DNA of 64,000 nt, from positions 3,424,001 to 3,488,000 of the forward strand of contig JASGJH010000001.1 in the NCBI GenBank assembly GCA_047601445.1, in the 5' to 3' direction. The notes beneath the pieces are model-generated. The model had not been told where the DNA came from and did no database searches. It saw nothing but the letters and a program-made list of their open reading frames with translations. The position numbers and the translations under genes were made by a program. Every line of letters begins with the position of its first letter. The stretch's first letter is position 1. Positions 17,998-28,374 of the stretch are shown here, piece after piece. The stretch comes from Myxococcales bacterium (GTDB taxonomy: Bacteria > Myxococcota_A > Polyangia > Polyangiales > DASUME01).

Positions 17998-20679
17998 ATG
18001 GGCGGCGTGGGAGTGACGACCGCAGATTCAAAGGGTGCCGAGCGCACCGTAAGCCAGGGCGGAAAGGCCGTGTTGTGGCTCGGTGCATCCGAAGCCCCCC
18101 TCGCCTTGGTCACGCACCTGCGCAGTCGCGGTATCGCGCTGGCCACCCTGTCCACGCAGGAGCCCCCGGTGGCGCGCCTGATGTTGGTGGAGCCTGCAGT
18201 CTCGCCGGCCGCGCGCACCGCCAACCTGAAAGGCCGCCGCGTGGCGGTGATTCACCCGGACCCGGGCAGCGCCGACGCGCTCGCCCAGGCGCTGCGCGGA
18301 CGCGGCGCGCAGGTGGTGGCGCTGAGCCTCAACCCGGAGTCCCTGCAGCGCGTGGAGGCGCTCGATCCGGACGCGGTCCTGATGGAGGTCACGGACTTCT
18401 ACGGGGCCTGCTGGGAAATCGTGCGCGCGCTGTGGCAGCACCCGCGGCTGAAGTACGCGCCGGTGTTGCTGGCCACTCCGGAGGGCGTGGCGAGCTATGC
18501 CCAGGGAACGCCGGACGTGCCGAGCCTGTGCCTGGCCGTGCAGACGGTGAGCGAAGACTACGCGCGCATCGAGCGAGCCTCCCAGGGCGAGAGTCCGTTC
18601 GAGCTCGAGCTGGCGCAGCTCGGGCCCGCCAAGCTGCTGCGCGTGCTGACGGAGTCCGGTCGAGGGCTACGGGCGACCCTGCAATGCCCCACGGCGGATT
18701 TCGAGCTCGACGTGGCCGAAGGCATCATCGTGGGCGCCCAGGGCAACGCCAAGGGCGCGGCGAACGATCTGTATCTCGGTGTGCACGCACTGGCCTTGCT
18801 GATGAGCCAGGAGCGCGGACAGGTGCAGGTGCGGGTGGCGAACCATCCGGCGGCCACCAACGTGATGGCTCCCCTCGATGCGGCACTGGATGCCGCCCGC
18901 GAGGCCAAGGCGGCGGCTCCGGTCGACGTGGCGGCCACGCGCGAGGTGGCGTCGCGCATGTCGCTGCCCGGTACGCCGGCAGGGAGCCCCGGCCCAGGCG
19001 TGGTGATCAAGCCGAACCCGGCGGCCGCCAAGCCGTTGGCTGCCAAGGCGGTCGGCGCGTTCGAGCCGGCACGGCCGCCGAAGCGCGCGGAGGCCGCGAA
19101 GCCAGCGACGCCCGCGACGCCCGCGAGGACGAACGAAGCGACCAAGCCCGCTGAGCCGGCCAAGGCGCTCGAGCCCAGCAAGCCGGCACCTATCGTCAAC
19201 GCGGCGCCCAAGGTAGACGCCGTCGTGACGGTGCCCGCGCCCGCCCCCAGCGCCGAGCCAGAGCGCCCAAGCGAGCCGGCGCAGGCCGCGGAGGAGCCCG
19301 GGCCGAACGATCACAAGACGGTCGAGTTCGCGGCGGTCGATGAAGAACCGAAGCGTGCGCCCCCCGAGCCAGTGAACCTCGCGCAACCGAAGAAGACGTT
19401 GCACGGCTTGCCCCCACCGCGGCGCACCACGAGCACCGGTCGGATCATGGCGGTGGTGCCGCGCGAAGGGGAGAGCCTCGACGCAGTCGCCCCGAGCCCC
19501 ATGGCGGGCGGGGCGCGTATGACGCCGCAGCAAACCGCGCTAGCCCAGGTGCGCGCGACCCTCAAGGCTCAGGCAGATGGCAACGTGCTCAACGGCGAAG
19601 CCAATGGCCTCTCGACCCAGAGCGCGGCCGCGCCGCGACTCGACGCGCTCGCTTCCGAGCTTCCGCTCGAGGATTCGCGGGTCACCTCGTCCCGCAACGT
19701 GGGCCGCGCTGCCCAGGACAGCGAGGCGCTGACCGCGAGCCTCGCCTCGGGCGTGAGCCGCGTGAGCGAGCTGGAAGCGCCGGACGCGGACGACGTCATG
19801 GAGCTCGGCGCGATGAAGCGCCCGCTGGGAATCAACCTGCAGCGCTGGCACGTGTGGGCAGCCCTCGGAGTCCTGGGCTTGACGCTGGCAGGCGCAGTCG
19901 GCCTCTCGCTGCTGCGTTCCGAAGCCGGTGCGCCCGCAGCGGTCAGCGCTCCGCCCGCATTGCCCGCGACCACGGCCAAGCTTGCGCCGAGCGAACTCGC
20001 CGGAGCTCCCAAAGCTGACGACCTCTCCGCGGCGCAACCGGCGCCTACGGCGGCGCCCGCTCAGCTGGGTTCGAGCGCGCAGGCGCAGGCCGAGGATCCT
20101 CAAGCCGCCGATGGTGCCGAAGAAGAAGACGAGGATGGATCCGCGACGGGCTCGGCGCTGGCGCCCAATCGCCAAGCGAGCGCCCTGGTCAGTCAGGGTC
20201 ACAACTTCCGCAAGCGCAAGCACTACGCGCAAGCCAAGGCTCGCTATCAGGCAGCGCTCTCGCTCTTGCCCGGCTACCCGCGTGCGTTGGCGGGGCTCGC
20301 GCAGCTCGCCATCGCGCAAAACCGCGGCAAAGAGGCCGTGGGCTTCGCGCAAAAGCTCGTTCAAGCGCGCCCTGGCCAGGGCGCCTATCAGCTGATGTTG
20401 GGCGACGCGTACCGAAGCGCCGGCATGATGAAGGAAGCCCAGCAAGCCTGGCAGGCCGCCGTGCGCGCGGGCAGCTCGGATGCCAAGGCGCGACTCAAGG
20501 CGACGCCCGCGCCGACGCCCGCCACGGCCAAGGCCGGCACGGCAGCCAAGCCCGCTGCAGCAACGGCGCCTGCCACTGCCAAGCCTACGACGGCTGCGCC
20601 CGCCGCTGCCAAGCCTGCAACGGCTGCTGCCAAGCCGGCGACCACGCCGACGACCAAGGGCCCTGCGTCAGCTCGGTGA
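17998..20679 (+). CDS. Pseudo-receiver + DUF4388-like + Pro/Ala linker + TM + periplasmic TPR protein
   Basis: Receiver-like segment (RVAVIHPD...DPDAVLME...HPRLKYAPVLL); TM WHVWAALGVLGLTLAGAVGLSLL; TPR helices; PAAAK-rich tail. Confidence 0.7.
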   Translation: MGGVGVTTADSKGAERTVSQGGKAVLWLGASEAPLALVTHLRSRGIALATLSTQEPPVARLMLVEPAVSPAARTANLKGRRVAVIHPDPGSADALAQALRGRGAQVVALSLNPESLQRVEALDPDAVLMEVTDFYGACWEIVRALWQHPRLKYAPVLLATPEGVASYAQGTPDVPSLCLAVQTVSEDYARIERASQGESPFELELAQLGPAKLLRVLTESGRGLRATLQCPTADFELDVAEGIIVGAQGNAKGAANDLYLGVHALALLMSQERGQVQVRVANHPAATNVMAPLDAALDAAREAKAAAPVDVAATREVASRMSLPGTPAGSPGPGVVIKPNPAAAKPLAAKAVGAFEPARPPKRAEAAKPATPATPARTNEATKPAEPAKALEPSKPAPIVNAAPKVDAVVTVPAPAPSAEPERPSEPAQAAEEPGPNDHKTVEFAAVDEEPKRAPPEPVNLAQPKKTLHGLPPPRRTTSTGRIMAVVPREGESLDAVAPSPMAGGARMTPQQTALAQVRATLKAQADGNVLNGEANGLSTQSAAAPRLDALASELPLEDSRVTSSRNVGRAAQDSEALTASLASGVSRVSELEAPDADDVMELGAMKRPLGINLQRWHVWAALGVLGLTLAGAVGLSLLRSEAGAPAAVSAPPALPATTAKLAPSELAGAPKADDLSAAQPAPTAAPAQLGSSAQAQAEDPQAADGAEEEDEDGSATGSALAPNRQASALVSQGHNFRKRKHYAQAKARYQAALSLLPGYPRALAGLAQLAIAQNRGKEAVGFAQKLVQARPGQGAYQLMLGDAYRSAGMMKEAQQAWQAAVRAGSSDAKARLKATPAPTPATAKAGTAAKPAAATAPATAKPTTAAPAAAKPATAAAKPATTPTTKGPASAR

Positions 20680-21144
20680 GGACTTGTGGTCGCCACCGGC
20701 CCAGCTAGACGGTGGGTCGCTGGCCGGGAACGACTCCCAACTCGCCTCATCGACAGCATCCCAGTCGTAGCGCCGGCCGATGCTGGCAGCGCGAACAGCG
20801 AACCCCTCCTCGCGCTCGGTCACGCGCTGAGCCTGCTCTCGGACACGGCGACGTTTGTGCCATGCGCTGGCCAGTGCATGCTCCACGAGCTCGGTCCGAT
20901 GGGCCAGGCGCAGCAGGAACCCCGGAACAGTCTCGGCGGCCTTGCGCAGCCCCCTGCTGATCGGTGCGTGGCTCGCGCCGCCGGACTCGAGACTACGATG
21001 CAACTTCTGTTCGCTGACGGTACGCATGATCCCTGGCTCGTGCATATCGCGCGCCGCCTCACGCACGGAGGCTGCGCGTACAGCGAACGCGTGGACCTCC
21101 GAGAGCAGCGGAAAGCCGAGCTGCAGGCTTGCCCCACGATGCAC
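20668..21144 (-). CDS. Hypothetical protein with C-terminal VDEASWESFPASDPPSSW motif; start uncertain
   Basis: The ESFPASDPP motif is recurrent in small bacterial hypothetical proteins; lies directly downstream of the QueA-like gene. Confidence 0.5.
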   Translation of the reverse strand: MHRGASLQLGFPLLSEVHAFAVRAASVREAARDMHEPGIMRTVSEQKLHRSLESGGASHAPISRGLRKAAETVPGFLLRLAHRTELVEHALASAWHKRRRVREQAQRVTEREEGFAVRAASIGRRYDWDAVDEASWESFPASDPPSSWAGGDHKSSPS

Positions 21145-22229
21145 TAATGACGCAGCTCATGGCGCCACACGATCATCGAGTCGCCGAATTCGTGGCTACG
21201 CAGGCCGCTGGCCGCGGCAAGCGTCAGCGCACGCTCGAGCTGGGGGCGCTCCACGAAGGCTGACAGCAGCTCGAAATGGCTCTCGCCCGGCGCATGGAGA
21301 CCCGTGAGAAGTTCGTCGACCAGGGCCAGCGAGTGCTCCCCGCCGATGCGTAAGCTGGTGATGCCTTCTCCTGGCAGACACGCCCCACTGGCGCGGAAGC
21401 TGCCCTCGAGCGCGCGTACGACGCTGGTGCCCACCGCGAGCACGCGGCTGCCAGCGCGTCGCGCCTCGCTGATCTTGTCGACGGTGGCAGCCGGAATGCG
21501 ATAGCGCTCCGGCAGCGGAAGCGCACGATCGAGCACGGGATCACCGCTTGCGCTCAGCCCCGCGGCATGGGTGACGGCAGCCAGTTGCACCCCGCGACGG
21601 CGCAGCTCGCGGAGCACCCTGAAACTCAATGGGCGCCCGGCCGAGGGCATTTCCACCGCCCACGGCTCCGCTGCATACAGCGTCTGCACCGACCACAACT
21701 CGAGCAGCTCGCTCTGATGGCTGTACTGCACCGGCCTTGCGCTCGCATAGAGCGCCGCCCACAGCGCGCTCCCCTCGCGATCGAAGCGCAGCTCGACCAG
21801 GCGGTCGAAGCGCGGCGACACCCGCACGACCTCGGCCGTCAACGCGCCGAGCCGTAGCCGATCACCAGACTCCACGACGGGTGGCAGCGCGCGCAGCTCG
21901 GTGCGTGTGCGGTGATCCCCCGCGCCGAACAGCACGGCCTGGAAACGCGTCTCGTCGAGTCGCGCCAGCAGTCGCACTTCCAGTTCTGCACCGTCATGCT
22001 CGCCGCGCAGCGATGCCGGCATGGTCGCCGCATCGTTGACCACCAACAGATCGCCCGCCTCGAGGGCGCTCGGCAGCTCGCGGAACGGCACGATGGTGGT
22101 GCCACGGCGCGGATCCACTTGCACCAACCGCCCCACGTCCCTGGCCGTGCTGGGCCCCGCGGCTGGCCTCAACTCGAGGTGCGGCTGGGTCCCGGGCCAT
22201 GCTCCAGCATAGGTCTCCACGTATGCCAT
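21144..22229 (-). CDS. QueA-like S-adenosylmethionine:tRNA ribosyltransferase-isomerase family protein (divergent clade)
   Basis: GDLLVVND, QTLYA...AVEMPSAG, VLAVGTSVVRALE, LLTGLH, HEFGDSM. Confidence 0.85.
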   Translation of the reverse strand: MAYVETYAGAWPGTQPHLELRPAAGPSTARDVGRLVQVDPRRGTTIVPFRELPSALEAGDLLVVNDAATMPASLRGEHDGAELEVRLLARLDETRFQAVLFGAGDHRTRTELRALPPVVESGDRLRLGALTAEVVRVSPRFDRLVELRFDREGSALWAALYASARPVQYSHQSELLELWSVQTLYAAEPWAVEMPSAGRPLSFRVLRELRRRGVQLAAVTHAAGLSASGDPVLDRALPLPERYRIPAATVDKISEARRAGSRVLAVGTSVVRALEGSFRASGACLPGEGITSLRIGGEHSLALVDELLTGLHAPGESHFELLSAFVERPQLERALTLAAASGLRSHEFGDSMIVWRHELRH

Positions 22230-22230
22230 C

Positions 22231-22953
22231 TCAGACCTCCTGTGCCTGTACCTTCAGGCGTGTGCCCGAAGCGATGTGCTCGCTACGCTCCAAGTAGCCT
22301 GCGATGCGGCACGCCACGTGTTCGGGCCGCGCCAGCGTTTCACGGTCCGCGTCGGGCATGGCGTCGCTATGCATGCGGGTGTCCATCTCGCCGGGATCGA
22401 CGCTCCACAACCGGACCCCGGTCCCCTCGAGCTCCACAGCGAAGGAGCGCGTGAGGTGATCGAGCGCGGCCTTGGAGATCCCGTAGGCGCCCCAGGTCGG
22501 GTAAGCCTCTTGTGCGGCATCCGAGCTGATGTGCACCACCAGGCCCGAACCGCGCAGCAGCATCGAGCCCAGCAGGGCCTTGCTCAGCCGGAACGGTCCC
22601 ATCAGGTTCGCCTGCAGGACCGCCTCGAAGTCCTCGCACTCCGTGTCGAGCAAGTAGCCGAGTGGCAGCGGACCGAGCGTGCTGGCGTTGTGGATCACGA
22701 CGTCGATGGGGCCGACCAGCGCCGCCGCTTGCCCCACCAACGGATGAATGGCGCGCTTGTCTGCGATGTCCGAGACCACGCCGTGCACCTCACCACCCGT
22801 CTCACGCAGCGCCTCCACGGCTCGCGACAACTCCTGGCCGTCACGCGCCGTGACCACCACGCGACTGCCACGTTGGAGCAATTCCGAAGCCAGCGCCCGG
22901 CCCAGGCCGCGGCTGCCTCCCGTGATCAAGACCGCCTTGTTTCGCAGTTCCAT
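22231..22953 (-). CDS. Short-chain dehydrogenase/reductase
   Basis: ITGGSRGLG, HNAS, ISS, YGISK (YxxxK), DPGEMDT. Confidence 0.93.
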   Translation of the reverse strand: MELRNKAVLITGGSRGLGRALASELLQRGSRVVVTARDGQELSRAVEALRETGGEVHGVVSDIADKRAIHPLVGQAAALVGPIDVVIHNASTLGPLPLGYLLDTECEDFEAVLQANLMGPFRLSKALLGSMLLRGSGLVVHISSDAAQEAYPTWGAYGISKAALDHLTRSFAVELEGTGVRLWSVDPGEMDTRMHSDAMPDADRETLARPEHVACRIAGYLERSEHIASGTRLKVQAQEV

Positions 22954-23040
22954 GGAACCTCCTGGACTCGAACCTACGGAGCCTCCGACATCCTGTCGTC
23001 GAACTTGCTAATCCATTGGCAGACGGCCATTGTGTCGACC

Positions 23041-23598
<558 letters not shown>

Positions 23599-23669
23599 AG
23601 ACGAGCGCCCCAGGAACGACCAGCTGAAAGCGAGCGCCATCCAACGACGAGCCAGGAGCCACTTCTCCC

Positions 23670-24071
23670 TCAGAAGCGGTACACCACCCCTGGACCGAGC
23701 GAGACCCGCGGCGCCCGACAGCGCCGCCTGCGCCGCGCGACCGCCAGATCGATGCCCCAGGCGAGCGCCGTGCCCGAGAGACTACCCAGCAAATCCCAGG
23801 TGAAGTCGCGCCAAGATGGATCACCATGCCCCGCCGCATCCCAGGCTTCCTTGGCGATGCCCGCGGCGAGCGCCACTGAGAAGCCCGAGAGCGCTCGATA
23901 GGGGCGGCGCTCGAGCCACACGCTCGAGACCCCATAGCCGGCCGCCGCGATGCCCAAGCTGACACCGAAATGCAGCCCCTTGTCCGGGGCGACCCAGGCG
24001 TCCTCCGCGCGCGCCGTGCCGTTCGGCGAAAGACAAAGACTCGCGAGCAACAGGAGAGCGACGAACCTCAA
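23670..24071 (-). CDS. YfiM-like exported membrane protein
   Basis: Signal peptide; DKGLHFGVS, GIAKEAWD, SWRDFTWD motifs. Confidence 0.7.
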   Translation of the reverse strand: MRFVALLLLASLCLSPNGTARAEDAWVAPDKGLHFGVSLGIAAAGYGVSSVWLERRPYRALSGFSVALAAGIAKEAWDAAGHGDPSWRDFTWDLLGSLSGTALAWGIDLAVARRRRRCRAPRVSLGPGVVYRF

Positions 24072-24074
24072 GGT

Positions 24075-26033
24075 TTAGCTCCGTCGGCCATCCGACAACG
24101 CGGCTGCGCTGTCGAGGCGGGAGGCGCGCTGGCGTGCGCGCTCGAGGGCCCCGTAGACCTTGTTGAGTAGCTCGTCGGTGGTGAATGGCTTGCGCAAGAG
24201 CTCCACATGCTCGCGCAACACACCGCGCGGAGCCAGCACCTCGTCGGCGTGGCCCGTCATGAACACGGGGACCGCGGAGGGAAACTGCCTGCTCACCACA
24301 CGCTGCACCTCGTTGCCGTCCATGTCGGGGAGCATGACGTCGGTGAGCACGAGGTCGATGGGCGGCAGCTCGTGAGAGAGGAGCTCCAGGAGCTCGACCT
24401 GCGACCCCGCCGAACAAACCTGGTAGCCGTACTGCTCGAGTAACTCCACCGTCAGGCGCAACACGGCCTCGTCGTCGTCCACCACCAGAATGCGCTCCTC
24501 GCCGTGGAGGTCGCGGTCCACCGGGCGGGTCGAGCGCGGACGCAGCTCGCTCACTTTGTCCGTGGCCGGAAAGAACAGCTGCACGGTGGTGCCCCGACCC
24601 AGCGCGCTCTTGAGCGAGATGCGACCGCCGTGCTGCTCCACGATGCCGTGTACGATCGAGAGTCCGAGGCCGGTACCCTTGCCGCGAGCCTTGGTGGAAA
24701 AGAAGGGATTGAAGGCGCGCTCGACCACGCTGCTGCTCATGCCGGCGCCCGTGTCGCGCACCGTGACGAACACGCCGGGCACGGCGTTGCGCTCGAGTTC
24801 CGAGCGGGTGATTTCGAAACTCAGACTGCCCCCGTTCGGCATGGCGTCGCGCGCGTTGGCAGCCAGGTTCATCCATACCTGTTCGAGTTGGGCCCGGTCG
24901 GCCTCGATGTGCGGCACTTCGGAGTCGCACCAGATCTCGAGGCGGATGTTCTCTGGCAACAAGCGGCGCAAGAGTGGCTCGAGTTGCAAGAGGCTCTGGC
25001 CCAGGTCGATTGGCCGCACTTCCAGCACTTGCTTGCGTGCGAAGGCCAAGAGGTGACGCGTCAGGGCCGCGGCGCGCTCGGCAGCGCTCACCAAATGATC
25101 CATGTACGTGCGCTGACGCGAGCCCGGCTCGGCCAAGGTCTGCGCCAGCTGCGCGTAGCCGATTACCGGTGTCAGCATGTTGTTGAGGTCATGGGCCACG
25201 CCGCCCGCGAGCTTGCCCACCGACTCCAGGCGCTCGGCGTGCGCCAGGCGCACCTTCCCCTCGGCCAAAGCTTGCTTCGACATCGCCGCCGACAGCAGCT
25301 CGTTCGAGAGCGCGTATCCGCCCAACACCAAGATCGCGGTCCACGAGTACTCGACCAAGTAGAGCGACTCGATGACCCCCTCGCTGATGAGGGCATCGTT
25401 GAAGGCGCCGACGGCGAACACCACGATGGCCCAGGTGATGTTGCGCGAGCGGCGTCGGTCCCCGGCGCGGCGCACCTGAATGGCGACCCACAGGGCGTAG
25501 ACCGTGACGTAAACCATGCCGAGTGCCAGCACGTCGTAGAGGGGCCCCATCTTCGCTTCGTAGTAGGTCACGTGTCCGAAGACGGGCAGATCGAAGTTCT
25601 TGATGGCGGGCTCGGGGCGGAACATCCAGCCATCCCGCTCGACCAGGGTGATCAGCGCCAGCAGTGGGAAGGCCCAGGCCAGGCGGCGCGCGACCTTCGG
25701 CCCCGGATGCTCCGCATAGGCTTCGACGAAGTAGAGGAAGCTCAGCCCCGCGCTCGAGATGATCGTCATCTGCGCGCGCTGCCAGAACATACCCTGCTCC
25801 ACGCTCGTGCTGATGTAGAGCCCCATGCTGGCCATGTCGTACAGGGCGATCAACACGGCCGTAATGCCGAAATGGAGATCGGCACGCAGGCGCGCACTGC
25901 TCCTGAGGTACAGCAGCAGATGAAAGACGCCAGCGTGCAGGGTGATTCCGGAGAGCACTGCGACTGGCAGTGCCGTGGCAGTCATGACCCCCACTCGGGG
26001 CATCCTATCCGATCGCCCGCGGCCGGCAAACAC
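24075..26033 (-). CDS. Hybrid sensor histidine kinase/response regulator with 7TM input domain (start may be 25985)
   Basis: About 7 TM helices; GVAHDLNNML H-box, NARDAM, DTGAGM, PFFSTK, GTGLGL; receiver ILVVDDD...LTDVMLP...RKPF. Confidence 0.93.
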   Translation of the reverse strand: MFAGRGRSDRMPRVGVMTATALPVAVLSGITLHAGVFHLLLYLRSSARLRADLHFGITAVLIALYDMASMGLYISTSVEQGMFWQRAQMTIISSAGLSFLYFVEAYAEHPGPKVARRLAWAFPLLALITLVERDGWMFRPEPAIKNFDLPVFGHVTYYEAKMGPLYDVLALGMVYVTVYALWVAIQVRRAGDRRRSRNITWAIVVFAVGAFNDALISEGVIESLYLVEYSWTAILVLGGYALSNELLSAAMSKQALAEGKVRLAHAERLESVGKLAGGVAHDLNNMLTPVIGYAQLAQTLAEPGSRQRTYMDHLVSAAERAAALTRHLLAFARKQVLEVRPIDLGQSLLQLEPLLRRLLPENIRLEIWCDSEVPHIEADRAQLEQVWMNLAANARDAMPNGGSLSFEITRSELERNAVPGVFVTVRDTGAGMSSSVVERAFNPFFSTKARGKGTGLGLSIVHGIVEQHGGRISLKSALGRGTTVQLFFPATDKVSELRPRSTRPVDRDLHGEERILVVDDDEAVLRLTVELLEQYGYQVCSAGSQVELLELLSHELPPIDLVLTDVMLPDMDGNEVQRVVSRQFPSAVPVFMTGHADEVLAPRGVLREHVELLRKPFTTDELLNKVYGALERARQRASRLDSAAALSDGRRS

Positions 26034-26058
26034 GCTGTTTTGGATGATGAGGCGGGGT

Positions 26059-26652
26059 TCACCAGCGAATCACGTGGCGCCCCCGGAAGGGCCCGCGCAG
26101 CTCGGCGTCGACCTGGGCGGGGAGCTCGATGGCTTCGAAGGTCCCGCGGGCGGCGCCCAGCAGGTACGACTCGATGTAGTTGAACTCGTCGGAGAACTCC
26201 ATGCAGGCGGTGCGCTCGTCCGGGAAGCTCAGCGTCCAGGTCGCATGGTTGCTGCCCTGGCGGTGCCCGATGATCGCCTGGCGGAGCAGGTCCCTGGGCT
26301 CCCGCGAGAGCACGCGCACCAGGAGCTTGCCGAGCACGCTCTCGGCGAACACGCGCGCGTTGACGCGTCCGATCTCCAGCATGCCCTCGTGGACCCGCGA
26401 AGGCTCCGTGAGCAAAGCGGCTCCCACCACCAGCTGCTCGAGGAACTCGCTGTTGGGGTACCAAAGTACTGTGGCGCGACGCGTGGGAAACAGGTCGCGA
26501 TAGCGGTCGAGCAGGCCGGCGCGCTCCAGCACGACCTCGATGCTGCGGAAGTACACCCCGCGCATCCTGGCGGTGGCGGGCAGCAGCTCGAGCCGCGCCT
26601 GCAAGTGGCAGTAGGCGTCGACTTCGGTCAGCAGTCTCGAGACCTCGCTCAT
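26059..26652 (-). CDS. DUF2378 (myxobacterial TIGR02265-like) family protein
   Basis: RMRGVYF, WYPNSEFL, FAESVLGKLL pattern; about 200 aa. Confidence 0.7.
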   Translation of the reverse strand: MSEVSRLLTEVDAYCHLQARLELLPATARMRGVYFRSIEVVLERAGLLDRYRDLFPTRRATVLWYPNSEFLEQLVVGAALLTEPSRVHEGMLEIGRVNARVFAESVLGKLLVRVLSREPRDLLRQAIIGHRQGSNHATWTLSFPDERTACMEFSDEFNYIESYLLGAARGTFEAIELPAQVDAELRGPFRGRHVIRW

Positions 26653-26745
26653 GCGGGTATCCTACCCGAGCATGCGCGCGCGGATTGAATCCCTCACCCT
26701 AATGAGAACGATACTGCGCGCTCCACGTGCGTTTTCCCACGCGGT

Positions 26746-28374
26746 TCATTCCGCGCGCGCGGAGCGAGAAGGAAGCTCGAATCGAAGCCCCGCAGCCAGG
26801 CCCGGAAAGGCCTCGATGCGTGGATTGTCGTGACTAAGCACGACGCGTCCGAAGGGCGCCTGTGAGCGTTCCTGGGAATCGCTGCTGAAGTAAAACTGGT
26901 AGCTCGGCGCCACCATCAAGCCGAGCCCGGGCGTGACGATGAAGGTGAAGGGCACGCGAATTCCCTGCTGGAAAGTGGGTTCGCGCGCGCCGTCCCGATA
27001 GATGTATTCGGAGATGGCATCGACATCGAGGCGGAAGAACCGATACTCCACCGCACGCACGCCGATGCCGAGCGCGGTCACGAAGCGCTGGCCCGCGGAG
27101 CCCGTGCGCACGCCGACGTAGTAGAAGTTATGCACGAGCTCTCCGCCGTGCATGGCGCCGACCAGGATGCTGCCACTCTCGCTGGGGCCCCAGAGATCGA
27201 GATCGGTGCGTCCGTTCTTCACGATGCTCACGATGCCGATGGGGGCGCGATTCTTCTCGGCGTAGTTGAAGAGCCCGAGCTGCAGGCCGTGGGCTTCCTT
27301 GCCGACGATGTTGCCGAGTCCGATCTGCACACCGTGCATGCTGCCCAGCGCGACATTGCCCAGGCTCGCCTGGACGCCCTTCAGGTTGCCGCCCGAGATA
27401 TTGCCCATGCCGCCCTGGAAGCCGCTCACGTCGGAAGTGGCGAAGTTGAGTAGTCCCCCCGAGTAACCGGTGAAGGTTCCGACGTTGAAATTGAGCAAGC
27501 CCGCGCTGGCCCCCGAGCGGTTGTGGAACACCAGGTTGACCAGGCCCACGGTTGCGCCAGCTTGCGCGCCACGAACAACATTGACTAGGCCCGCCAGCAC
27601 ACCGCCCGACGAACGTCCCACCACGTTGACCAATGAAACAAGCACGCCTTGCTGGGAGCCGTACACCGCATTCACGGCGCCGCCAACTTGCACGCCGCAC
27701 ATGAACTCTTGCTGCATGTTGACGAGACCCGAGATCGAGAGGCCTCTCACGCCACGCGAATAACTGCCGAACGCGCCGAAGGAGAGCGCCCGCACCGCCC
27801 GCCGACCGCCCGGCGCAGAGGAGAAGCCGACGTAGGGCAAGAAATCGATGCCCACCGGGATGGTGGCGCGCGGCAGGCAGGCGTTGAAGACCGTCAGCGG
27901 ATCGCGCGCGAGGGGCTCGGGCTCCGCGCTGGCCAGCCGGACCGGCGGGGGTTTCTCGGTGTCGCGCGGTGCAAGGTCGAGCTCCGAGAGCAAGCCTGCG
28001 GCCTCGTTGCGCAGCATGTTCGAGGCCAGGAAGGTCACCGTCTCGATGCCTTCGAGATCGTGGTCGAGCAGCGGAGCGTCGCGCTCTACGCGGAGGCCGT
28101 CGCCACCCTCGAGGACAATGCGCACGCCGTCGGCCCCCAGGGCCTCCACGCGCAGCATGGGTTGATCGGGCGCTGGCTGCGCCAAGCTCGTAAAGCCGAA
28201 ACCGAGCTCAGCCTCGAGCGAGACGCGCAGCGCCTCGGGCGAGAGCACCGCGGGGTCCACATACAAGCCGAGGGCTGAACCGGATTGTGCGCGGGCTCGC
28301 ATCCAAGGAGCGAGACCGAGAACCATCAAGGCCGTCAGCAACAGCCAGGCGCGAACAGGGGCTGAGTTCGACAT
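26746..28374 (-). CDS. Exported protein with LA_2272-like G-x-Q-x-G-x-x-N repeats and probable C-terminal OM barrel
   Basis: Signal peptide; about 11 repeats of ~15 aa (GVQVGGAVN, GVLAGLVN, GFQGGMGN, GVQIGLGN, GLQLGLFN). Confidence 0.75.
   Translation of the reverse strand: MSNSAPVRAWLLLTALMVLGLAPWMRARAQSGSALGLYVDPAVLSPEALRVSLEAELGFGFTSLAQPAPDQPMLRVEALGADGVRIVLEGGDGLRVERDAPLLDHDLEGIETVTFLASNMLRNEAAGLLSELDLAPRDTEKPPPVRLASAEPEPLARDPLTVFNACLPRATIPVGIDFLPYVGFSSAPGGRRAVRALSFGAFGSYSRGVRGLSISGLVNMQQEFMCGVQVGGAVNAVYGSQQGVLVSLVNVVGRSSGGVLAGLVNVVRGAQAGATVGLVNLVFHNRSGASAGLLNFNVGTFTGYSGGLLNFATSDVSGFQGGMGNISGGNLKGVQASLGNVALGSMHGVQIGLGNIVGKEAHGLQLGLFNYAEKNRAPIGIVSIVKNGRTDLDLWGPSESGSILVGAMHGGELVHNFYYVGVRTGSAGQRFVTALGIGVRAVEYRFFRLDVDAISEYIYRDGAREPTFQQGIRVPFTFIVTPGLGLMVAPSYQFYFSSDSQERSQAPFGRVVLSHDNPRIEAFPGLAAGLRFELPSRSARAE

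Noticed and set aside
22276..23040. Long N-terminal extension of the XRE regulator ORF
   Set aside because: It is antisense to the SDR gene; the HTH begins right after ATG 23041.
24504..26183. Long antisense ORFs (this one, and e.g. 29433-31106, 38126-39811, 42266-43669, 62324-63895)
   Set aside because: Shadow frames typical of high-GC coding DNA; no recognisable motifs, and they lie opposite well-supported genes.
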